64,000 nucleotides of DNA from Akkermansiaceae bacterium. GTDB lineage: Bacteria; Verrucomicrobiota; Verrucomicrobiia; Verrucomicrobiales; Akkermansiaceae. The position numbers and the translations under genes are program-made. The DNA is taken from contig JBPOGF010000002.1 in NCBI GenBank assembly GCA_051251915.1, forward strand, positions 1 through 64,000. Reading direction: 5' to 3'. This document shows, in pieces, positions 39,904 through 47,987 of the stretch. A model generated the notes under the pieces. The model did no database searches and was not told where the DNA came from. It was given only the letters and a program-made list of their open reading frames with translations. How positions within the stretch are numbered: the stretch's first letter is position 1; each line of letters begins with the position of its first letter.

Positions 39904-40290
39904 ATGTCTGAACTACCATCACCTCCATCACATCCCACTCACTTACCGCATGGTGTGCACTATCTGTTAGAGTGCTCTGGGATCGATGTGTCCATTCTCA
40001 AAGATAAACTTCTGTTAGAAACCTTACTTCATAAAGCAGCGACAGATGCTGGTGCTACTATTGTGGAGACGACACTTCATGAATTCAATCCTCATGGACT
40101 TAGTGGAGTCATCGTAATAGCTGAGAGCCACATTGCTATTCACACTTGGCCTGAGCATCAGTATGCAGCGATAGATGTCTTCACTTGTGGCGATAATGTG
40201 ATTGCAGAGAAAATTTATCACAATCTGGTGCTTCATCTACAGCCTGAAAAACACACCTGTCAGATTATAAAGCGGGAGCCGCCAAAGTAA
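39904..40290 (+). CDS. speD: S-adenosylmethionine decarboxylase proenzyme
   Basis: HEFNPHGLSGVIVIAESHIAIHTWPE, DVFTCG. Confidence 0.95.
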   Translation: MSELPSPPSHPTHLPHGVHYLLECSGIDVSILKDKLLLETLLHKAATDAGATIVETTLHEFNPHGLSGVIVIAESHIAIHTWPEHQYAAIDVFTCGDNVIAEKIYHNLVLHLQPEKHTCQIIKREPPK

Positions 40291-40293
40291 CGG

Positions 40294-41124
40294 TTAGCGT
40301 CTTCTCTTGGTAATTAGTAATAGTGAAGCGAGTGAGAATAGAGTGATGCTGCTCGGTTCTGGGACTGCGTTGGCATCAATGATTGTCTGGATGGCTGCGC
40401 GGTCTGCGCTCAGATCAGTGAAGCCGTTGGAGTCTAAGAAGCTTGCTTGGGCTACGATCCAGTTTGTGCCAACTAGTGTGGTTTCATTCGTGAAATCGTT
40501 ATGGACGAATAGTGGTGCGCCAGAGTCTCCTCCTTGTAGTAATGATTCATAGGGTAAGAGGGCGCTTGATGTGTAAGAAGCGAGTATGGCGTTGGCAGTA
40601 CTTCCTTCTACATTCGGCTGTGGATCGGTTGGGGCAGGTGCTTCTAAGGTATTCCTGCCGATGGCGAAGCTTGGAGCACTGGGGATGCTGTTGGCCGATC
40701 TGCCTGTTAGGTAGGCGCTTTGGCCTATATTTGAGCTGAGTGCGATATCGTAAAATGCGTAGCCTGGGGCGATAGGTGAATCAAGAGTTCCAACCCAGAT
40801 GTCGGTGGTGCCTATTCTCTGGCCTCCGGATACGGTGCGCGTGATGGAGCTTCCTAAGGGGTCATTACCTGCATAGAAAGTAATAATGTTGCCTGTGTTT
40901 GGATGAAAGTGGTTTGCGCTGAGGAATACATTTTCGCTGACCATGGTGGCCCACGTGGAATTATTGGAAATACCGACACCTGATAGATCAATGTCGTTAG
41001 CTATGAAGTTAGAGTTATTGCTAAATCTATCGTTGGTAGCTGATGTTTGGTTATCGATCTGGATAGCCATTAGAGACGATGTGAGTGAAATGAGGGCGGA
41101 GATGGGGATGAGTATCTTTTTCAT
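40294..41124 (-). CDS. PEP-CTERM protein with trypsin-like serine protease motifs
   Basis: FLSANHF (His), TDI (Asp), GGDSGAPL (Ser); VPEPSS-TM-KRRR. Confidence 0.8.
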   Translation of the reverse strand: MKKILIPISALISLTSSLMAIQIDNQTSATNDRFSNNSNFIANDIDLSGVGISNNSTWATMVSENVFLSANHFHPNTGNIITFYAGNDPLGSSITRTVSGGQRIGTTDIWVGTLDSPIAPGYAFYDIALSSNIGQSAYLTGRSANSIPSAPSFAIGRNTLEAPAPTDPQPNVEGSTANAILASYTSSALLPYESLLQGGDSGAPLFVHNDFTNETTLVGTNWIVAQASFLDSNGFTDLSADRAAIQTIIDANAVPEPSSITLFSLASLLLITKRRR

Positions 41125-41287
41125 AATGAGGTGTGAGAGGTATGGATAGTATCATGGGGGGCAGGGTGCTCAAGTCGATATGATTATCAATATTGCTTAA
41201 TCGATTTTGAGTTGTAACTAGTGAAAGTGAGTGTAAATACTGACTGAGTCTCTTGACTGATCATTTATCAGGTAGTAGGTGTTGGTC

Positions 41288-42733
41288 ATGAATATATGTT
41301 TTAAATCAGTAGTCGTTCTTCTTGCGGGGAGTTTATCATCATTTGCAGAGATTCAGATGCCGGCATTTTTCGCTGATGGGATGGTGCTACAGCAGGAGAC
41401 AGGGGCTAAGGTTTGGGGATTTGGTGATGCGGGGGAGAGTGTGCAGGTGGAATTTGCAGGGCAAAAACTTACCTCTAAAACTGGTGGTGATGGTAAATGG
41501 GTAGTGGATTTTAAAGGGCTGAAAGCAAGTAAGAAGGGCGCAAAGATGTCGATCACTAGTGGGAAAGAAGTGCGTGAGATCACTGATGTGGTTGTAGGAG
41601 AGGTGTGGATAGCTAGTGGGCAGTCTAATATGGAGTGGAGTATCCGAAAGTCTGACAGTGCGGAGGGAGCTAAAAATGCGAAGGATGATTTGTTGAGGAT
41701 TTATGTCACTAAGAATGTTACTGCAGCAACGCCTCTTAATGATTTTAAAGGTAGTTGGAAAAAGGTTCATCCTGATAACAATCAAGATTTAACGGCAGTG
41801 GGGTATGAGTATGCGAAGATTTTAAGAGAGAAGTTAGATGTGCCAGTGGGGATCATCGAGTGTGCGTGGGGAGGTAAGCGAGTGGAGGCTTATATGAGTG
41901 ATGAGGCGGTGAAGGGGCTTCCGGAGGGTAAGAAGTTGGTGGCATTGAAGGCGGGGTTAATGAAGCGCTGGGAGAAGGTGAAGTCGGGTGCTATTAAGCC
42001 AACTAAGATGAATGATCCGGAATTGAACCCGGGGATGCATTCTACAATTTACAATGGAATGATAGCGCCAATAGCGGGTTACGGGGCGCGTGGTGTTATA
42101 TGGTATCAGGGGGAGTCAAATGCTAGGAAGGATACTTCTGAGGTATATGGTGAGCTATTAAAAGGTTTGATTCTAGATTGGAGGAAGCAGTGGGGGAGTG
42201 ATCTTTCATTTTACTATGTGCAGTTAGCTAACTTCGAAAAGGGGAAAGACTCTCCTTTTTGGGTGAATGTCCAGGATGAGATGCGCCGTCTGTTAGATGA
42301 GTGTGAAGGTGTGGGTATGGCAGTGATCAATGAAATAGGGGATAAGAAAAATATTCATCCACGGAATAAAAAGGACGTAGGTGATAGGCTTGCGCGTTGG
42401 GCTTTGAATAAAGACTACGGCATGAAAGATATTGTGATTTCTGGGCCACTTTATAAGAGCCATGTGGTTAAGGGTGCTGCTGTGGAGGTAAGTTTTTCTC
42501 ATGCTGATAAACTGAAAGCTCGTGATGGGAAGTCGCTGGGTGGTTTTGAGATCAGTGATGTTAAAGGGACTTGGTATCCAGCTGATGCAGAGATCAAGGG
42601 TGATAACGTTGTGGTTTCTAGCGAGGAGGTCACTAAGCCTAGTAATGTGCGATATGCTTGGAAGAGTGATCCAGTTGATGCTAATTTGGTGAATGAAGAG
42701 GGCTTGCCGACGAGTTGTTTCATCGGCAAGTAG
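41288..42733 (+). CDS. sialate O-acetylesterase family protein
   Basis: GEVWIASGQSNMEW, IWYQGESN, NIHPRNK. Confidence 0.9.
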   Translation: MNICFKSVVVLLAGSLSSFAEIQMPAFFADGMVLQQETGAKVWGFGDAGESVQVEFAGQKLTSKTGGDGKWVVDFKGLKASKKGAKMSITSGKEVREITDVVVGEVWIASGQSNMEWSIRKSDSAEGAKNAKDDLLRIYVTKNVTAATPLNDFKGSWKKVHPDNNQDLTAVGYEYAKILREKLDVPVGIIECAWGGKRVEAYMSDEAVKGLPEGKKLVALKAGLMKRWEKVKSGAIKPTKMNDPELNPGMHSTIYNGMIAPIAGYGARGVIWYQGESNARKDTSEVYGELLKGLILDWRKQWGSDLSFYYVQLANFEKGKDSPFWVNVQDEMRRLLDECEGVGMAVINEIGDKKNIHPRNKKDVGDRLARWALNKDYGMKDIVISGPLYKSHVVKGAAVEVSFSHADKLKARDGKSLGGFEISDVKGTWYPADAEIKGDNVVVSSEEVTKPSNVRYAWKSDPVDANLVNEEGLPTSCFIGK

Positions 42734-42739
42734 GTGGGA

Positions 42740-45553
42740 TTACTCGGGTTCGGTTTGGTCTACTTTTCTGCAGTAGAGGTAGCCGATGATGAGCAGGACG
42801 ACTCCGAGGGTGATGAAGGAAACGATGCGTAAGATGGCGTTGAGTTTCCAGACATCGATTCCGTAGACGTGGAGGACTGTGCAACCTAGGATGATGAATG
42901 CCATGGTGCGGAAGGTGATGTCTTTGTTGATGAATCCGAGGCTGAGGATGATGAGGCCTACGACTGCCCAGACGATGGATAGTGCTGAGCCGTCATAGAA
43001 TCTGATGAGGTGGAGTGAGCTGATGCTCCATAGCATGAGACTGGCGAGGACTGCGATTCCGCGCTGTGTGGCTAGGTAGTAGTTTGAGTTTGTGAGGGAT
43101 TGGTGGTTGAGTATGCCCTTGCGGGCGAAGTAGATGGCAAGTGGGAGTAGTGCGATGAAGTTGACGGTGGCTTGGCTGGTGGATAGTATGGTGACTGCTG
43201 AATAGATGCTGGTGGTGTAGAAGATGGTGGAGATGGCGGTGAGGAGTTTATTTTCTTGCTGGTCTAACAGATGGTATACGCAGGCTGTTAGAGCGAGTGT
43301 GAGTTGCCATGGGGCGATGTAGATGATTTGCCAGAGGGCGAGCATGGATGCTGAGGCGATGGTGAGGATAGGTCTGATGGCTTTGAAGTCAGTTAGTGTT
43401 TTTTGTTTGATGAGTATGATGTGGAGCACTGGAATGACGGCGACGATGAGGTGGATGGTGATGTGTGAGCCGAAGTAGTAGCTGATGTGACTAGCTAAAT
43501 GTACGAACCATATGAATGGGTAGACGAGGAAGCCTAGAATGGCGATGAAGCGTAGGTTGTGCTGGATGAGCTTTTGGTAGATGGCGTGATAGGTTAGTGG
43601 GATGAGCGTGCCGATTAGTAGGATGGTGGGTATGCTTTCTGTGGAGATTAGTGTGCTGAGTAGGAGGATAGTGGAGGCTATGAGGTAGATGGTGTATTGG
43701 CGGAGTTTGTTGTCTCGGTGGATGTAGAGGCAGAGATTGATGGCGGTGGCTGTGAACATCATGAGAGTGATGAGGAAGAGGTGTGGCGTGCTTAGGATGG
43801 CGGCATTTTTGATGATGGTGATGACGGCTAGGGCGGTGAAGGCGTGGCTAGCGGTGCAGAAGTCGGGTAGGATATTTTTTCTATTTGATAGTAATTGATA
43901 GAGGGTTAAGGCTAGATTTAGGGTGAGGAGGATGAGTATTTTGTTTAGTTCTGGGATGGGGGCGAAGTTGATGCAGCAGCATGTGGCGATGATGCTGAAG
44001 ATGGTTGGGAGGCCGCTTTGGAGTGGTTTGGTTTCGTCTGAATTTGGGACTCCGAAGTGGGCGATGGTTGAGATGGCTAGGTAGAGTAGAGCCATGATGA
44101 AGTTGGTGAGGGTGAATCCAGCTAGGTCTAGGCTCATGGCTGATATGTAGATGGCGAAACCTAGGAGGAGGGTGAGATAGAATGCTGTGGTGAAGTAGTT
44201 ACGCTGGGGTTCATGGGCACGGCAGGATGCGATGAGGAGGAGGGCTGCCTGGATGGTGAGGGAGAGGGCGAGTGATGGGCCGGTGAGCTTGAGGCAGAGC
44301 GCTAGAGTGATGAGTGCGATGCCTTTCATGATGAAGAGTGAAGAGAGGCTGGAGCGGTGAGCAATGATAGCGACTCTAGGGGTAAGTTTTTCACCGAACT
44401 GGAGGAAGAGGGCTAGTAGGATGAATGCAGTTCCAATTGTTGCTGAGACGGGCCAGAGTGGTTGAAGCCAAGTTTGAGTCTGGAAATTGATGCTCATTAA
44501 GATCACTAGGAATGCGTTGTTGAGGGAGGTGAAGGTGAGGAGTTGTGATTTGTCGAAAGGGTGGTTTTTCTTGGATCGTGGAATGAGAATGGATGCGGTG
44601 GAGAGTATCCAGTAGCCAAGGATGAACCATGAGGCGTATTCGTAATTGGTGGTGCTGTGATTTACGAATACTTGCCAGTAGATGAAGGAGAGGTAGGCGC
44701 CGAGCATGGAGACGAAGCCGATGGATGCGGAGCGGAGTTTGTGGAGTAGGGTGAGGCCTGTTAGGGTTAGAAGCAGTCCTGAGACGAGTGAGAATGCGCC
44801 TACGGGGTTGATGGATGTGCTGTAGTAGGCGAGGGCGATGGAGCAGATGGCGGTGATGTTAGAGCGTTTCCAAAGGGCGTATGTTAGGCAGGCTGCGGCG
44901 CTGGCGGTGAGGAGAATGCCGGCTAGGAGTGGGGAGTCGATGACTTTTAGGCGGTCAATGTGGTGGGCTGCGTAGCTGGTGTAGTAGAGTGTGGCGATGC
45001 CTCCGGCGGCGAGGACTTTGCCGTAGTTTGAGAGGGCGGCTTTGGCTTTTTCGAAGTAGGTCCCTAGACCTAAGAGAAGTGCGGCGAGGAAGTACATGCC
45101 GCCGAGTCGGGCACCAGCTCCCCATTCGATGATGAAGTTTTTGTAGGCGAAATTGCTGAGGAATACGAGTCCGGTGAGGAGGGAGATGATGCCTAGTCTT
45201 ACGAACCAAACCTTGCCGAAATCTTGTTCGATGGTGAGGAAGTCTCGTTTTGTTTTTTTTGATGGTTCTGGGGAAGCTTTAGTTTTGGGAGTAGATATTG
45301 GGGTGGGGTTGGTGTTGGGGTTGGGCTTTGTTGTTTTTTCTGTGACATTTTCTAACAGTGATTTTGTTTCTTCGGCTTTGATGGGTGGTGGGGTTTCTTG
45401 GGGCTTAAATTTAGGTTCTGTTGCTTGGTTATCAGCTTTTAGGTCGTGTCTGAGCTGTTGGATCTCATAGCGGTGATCTTTGATACCTTTTTCAAGATCA
45501 CTTTGTTGTAGTTCCAAGTGCTGAATTCTTTGTTCCATGATCGCGCTATTCAT
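42740..45553 (-). CDS. DUF2339-like polytopic membrane protein
   Basis: IEQDFGKVWFVRLG, many TM helices, RIVSFITLGVVLL end. Confidence 0.8.
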   Translation of the reverse strand: MNSAIMEQRIQHLELQQSDLEKGIKDHRYEIQQLRHDLKADNQATEPKFKPQETPPPIKAEETKSLLENVTEKTTKPNPNTNPTPISTPKTKASPEPSKKTKRDFLTIEQDFGKVWFVRLGIISLLTGLVFLSNFAYKNFIIEWGAGARLGGMYFLAALLLGLGTYFEKAKAALSNYGKVLAAGGIATLYYTSYAAHHIDRLKVIDSPLLAGILLTASAAACLTYALWKRSNITAICSIALAYYSTSINPVGAFSLVSGLLLTLTGLTLLHKLRSASIGFVSMLGAYLSFIYWQVFVNHSTTNYEYASWFILGYWILSTASILIPRSKKNHPFDKSQLLTFTSLNNAFLVILMSINFQTQTWLQPLWPVSATIGTAFILLALFLQFGEKLTPRVAIIAHRSSLSSLFIMKGIALITLALCLKLTGPSLALSLTIQAALLLIASCRAHEPQRNYFTTAFYLTLLLGFAIYISAMSLDLAGFTLTNFIMALLYLAISTIAHFGVPNSDETKPLQSGLPTIFSIIATCCCINFAPIPELNKILILLTLNLALTLYQLLSNRKNILPDFCTASHAFTALAVITIIKNAAILSTPHLFLITLMMFTATAINLCLYIHRDNKLRQYTIYLIASTILLLSTLISTESIPTILLIGTLIPLTYHAIYQKLIQHNLRFIAILGFLVYPFIWFVHLASHISYYFGSHITIHLIVAVIPVLHIILIKQKTLTDFKAIRPILTIASASMLALWQIIYIAPWQLTLALTACVYHLLDQQENKLLTAISTIFYTTSIYSAVTILSTSQATVNFIALLPLAIYFARKGILNHQSLTNSNYYLATQRGIAVLASLMLWSISSLHLIRFYDGSALSIVWAVVGLIILSLGFINKDITFRTMAFIILGCTVLHVYGIDVWKLNAILRIVSFITLGVVLLIIGYLYCRKVDQTEPE

Positions 45554-45669
45554 GGGGGAACCTTAGCATTTACGTAGAGGATTCTTGAAATCGATAAAAT
45601 AGGTGGGAGTATTGAGTGAATCGATGATTGGTTGCTTTAGATTCTAAGATAAAAAAACTTGCGGTTTTG

Positions 45670-45683
45670 TGATCTTTAGAACA
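45670..45683 (+). promoter_or_regulatory. Verrucomicrobia-type LexA (SOS) box
   Basis: TGATC-TTTA-GAACA, one mismatch to TGTTC-N4-GAACA, 10 nt before the radical SAM start, within a TTGCGG-17 nt-CATTGT promoter. Confidence 0.75.
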
Positions 45684-45693
45684 TTGTGTATTT

Positions 45694-47043
45694 ATGAACA
45701 CTCTTCAGAAGTTAGAAGTGCTAGCGGATGCGGCTAAGTATGATGCATCATGTGCTAGTTCAGGTGGAGCGAGGAAGGACTCAGTGAAAGGTAAAGGGGT
45801 GGGCTCTACTGGTGGTGCGGGGATTTGCCATTCTTATGCTCCTGATGGGCGATGTATTTCTCTGCTTAAGGTTTTGCTTACTAATGTGTGTTTATACGAT
45901 TGTCATTATTGCATTAACCGGCGTTCTAGTAATGTGAGGAGAGCGCTATTTACTCCAGAGGAGGTGGTGGAGTTGACGTTGTCGTTTTACAAGAGAAATT
46001 ATATTGAGGGATTATTTCTGAGCTCTGGGATAGTGAGGAGTGCGGACTATACGATGGAAATGGTGATCAGGGTTGCGAAGCTATTGAGGGAAGAGCATCA
46101 TTTTCGTGGATACATACATCTCAAGACTATACCTGAGGCTTCTCCAGAACTGATAGAGGAAGCGGGTAAGTATGCTGATCGATTAAGTATCAATGTGGAG
46201 TTGCCGAAGCAGGAGAGTTTGAAGAAATTAGCTCCTGAGAAGAATTTGGTGCGAACGCGTGATGCTATGCAGACGATAAATAGTCGGATTAGTGAAACGA
46301 TTCAGGCGCGTAAGGAAATGAGGAAGACGAATTCTAGAGCTAAGAAGCCAAGCTTTGCTACGGGGCAGAGTACTCAGATGATAGTGGGAGCTGATGGCTC
46401 TAATGATAGTGATTTTTTGAAGCGATCGGAGGACTTGTATGGGAATTTCAAGCTGAGAAGAGTTTACTATTCAGCGTTTAGTCCAATCCCTGAGCCTTCA
46501 GTGATATTACCCCTTCAGTCTCCCCCGTTGGTGCGCGAGCATCGCTTGTATCAGGCTGACTGGTTATTGAGGTTTTATAAATTTAGTGTGGATGAGCTAA
46601 CGACTTCTGAGTCACCCAATCTAGATTTAGATATTGATCCGAAGCTGTCATGGGCGTTACGGAATAGGTATTTTTTCCCGTTAGATGTGAATACGGCTTC
46701 ACTAGAGATGTTGTATAGAATTCCAGGGTTAGGGGTTAGAAATGCTCAGAGGATAGTGAGGCTAAGAAAGCATCATCGTTTAGGTTTAGAGGATCTAATT
46801 AAGCTACGAGTGAATTTGAAAAAGACGATGTCATTTATGATTTGTAAGGATCATCATCCAGCAAAGATGGAGTTATCTAGTGAGGATATAAGGCTCAGGT
46901 TTGCGCCTCCGCCAAAGCAGATGGAATTAGACTTCTCTGCACTTCCTGCGGGGGATGATGCTGCTGGAGTGGTGGATGGTAAGGAGGCTGGGAAGAAGTT
47001 AACTGAGGAGGCGGGTAAGGAAGCTCAGCACGGTGAATTTTAA
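45694..47043 (+). CDS. putative DNA modification/repair radical SAM protein (COG4277-type)
   Basis: AAKYDASC, GICHSYAPDGRCISL, CLYDCHYC, REHRLYQADWL, C-terminal HhH. Confidence 0.93.
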   Translation: MNTLQKLEVLADAAKYDASCASSGGARKDSVKGKGVGSTGGAGICHSYAPDGRCISLLKVLLTNVCLYDCHYCINRRSSNVRRALFTPEEVVELTLSFYKRNYIEGLFLSSGIVRSADYTMEMVIRVAKLLREEHHFRGYIHLKTIPEASPELIEEAGKYADRLSINVELPKQESLKKLAPEKNLVRTRDAMQTINSRISETIQARKEMRKTNSRAKKPSFATGQSTQMIVGADGSNDSDFLKRSEDLYGNFKLRRVYYSAFSPIPEPSVILPLQSPPLVREHRLYQADWLLRFYKFSVDELTTSESPNLDLDIDPKLSWALRNRYFFPLDVNTASLEMLYRIPGLGVRNAQRIVRLRKHHRLGLEDLIKLRVNLKKTMSFMICKDHHPAKMELSSEDIRLRFAPPPKQMELDFSALPAGDDAAGVVDGKEAGKKLTEEAGKEAQHGEF

Positions 47044-47060
47044 ATGAAAAGGGTGAGAGT

Positions 47061-47978
47061 ATGAGATCTGTAAGAATAGAGCCTAGCTTTAGTAAATGGA
47101 GAGAGAAGGCACGTGAGTTATTGGCAGGTATGGTAGAGCCAGGGCAGGTGATGTGGGGTACTAGTGAGTTGTATCAGGGTGAGGATGAAGATGGAGGGGG
47201 GCAAGGAGGCTTGTTAGATTTTGGTGATGGTGAGGAATCTAAGAATGATATAGCGAGTAATGGAAGTGAGTTGCTTAAAGTTCCGCGTCAGTTTGTGCGT
47301 TTGGCAGAGACTGTGAGTAGTCATCGATCTGGTAAGCAGTGGGCGATGTTGTATGAGGTTTTATGGAAGATGACGTATGGGAATGATCGAGCAATTTTAC
47401 AGAACCAGACAGATGTGACGATGAGGGCGCTAGATAGGATGAGGGCGGCTGTGAGTAGGGATATCCATAAAATGCGTGCTTTTGTTAGGTTTAGAAAGGT
47501 GGATGTTTCTGATGATGAAGAGGAGGGGAGAGAGCAGTTTGTATCATGGTTCGAGCCTGATCATAGGATAGTAAGGCTGAATGCTCCGTTCTTTCGGAAA
47601 CGTTTTGGTGGGATGAATTTTTCTATTCTAACACCAGATGAGTGTATGCACTGGAACGGGGTGGAGGTAAGTTTTACTGAGGGGGTTTCTAAGAATATAG
47701 TTCCGGATGAGGATGAATTAGAAACTTTATGGAAGGGGTATTACCGCAGCATTTTTAACCCTGCACGGGTGAAGATAAAGATGATGCAGTCTGAGATGCC
47801 TAAGAAGTATTGGAAGAATTTACCAGAGGCGGAGATCATTGAAGAATTGATCCGTGATAGTTCTGATAGGGTGCATGGGATGATGGAGGAGGAAAACAGA
47901 GAGCTCAAGCCAAGGCCTAAAAATAAGTATTTAGACTACTTGGATGAGCTCAATGGACTGGATGATGAGACTGAGTGA
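47061..47978 (+). CDS. DUF4130 putative DNA repair protein (partner of the radical SAM gene)
   Basis: RDIHKMRAFVRF, WFEPDH, LWKGYYRSIFNPAR, EMPKKYWKNLPEA; no UDG domain follows. Confidence 0.9.
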   Translation: MRSVRIEPSFSKWREKARELLAGMVEPGQVMWGTSELYQGEDEDGGGQGGLLDFGDGEESKNDIASNGSELLKVPRQFVRLAETVSSHRSGKQWAMLYEVLWKMTYGNDRAILQNQTDVTMRALDRMRAAVSRDIHKMRAFVRFRKVDVSDDEEEGREQFVSWFEPDHRIVRLNAPFFRKRFGGMNFSILTPDECMHWNGVEVSFTEGVSKNIVPDEDELETLWKGYYRSIFNPARVKIKMMQSEMPKKYWKNLPEAEIIEELIRDSSDRVHGMMEEENRELKPRPKNKYLDYLDELNGLDDETE

Positions 47979-47987
47979 TTACTACCC

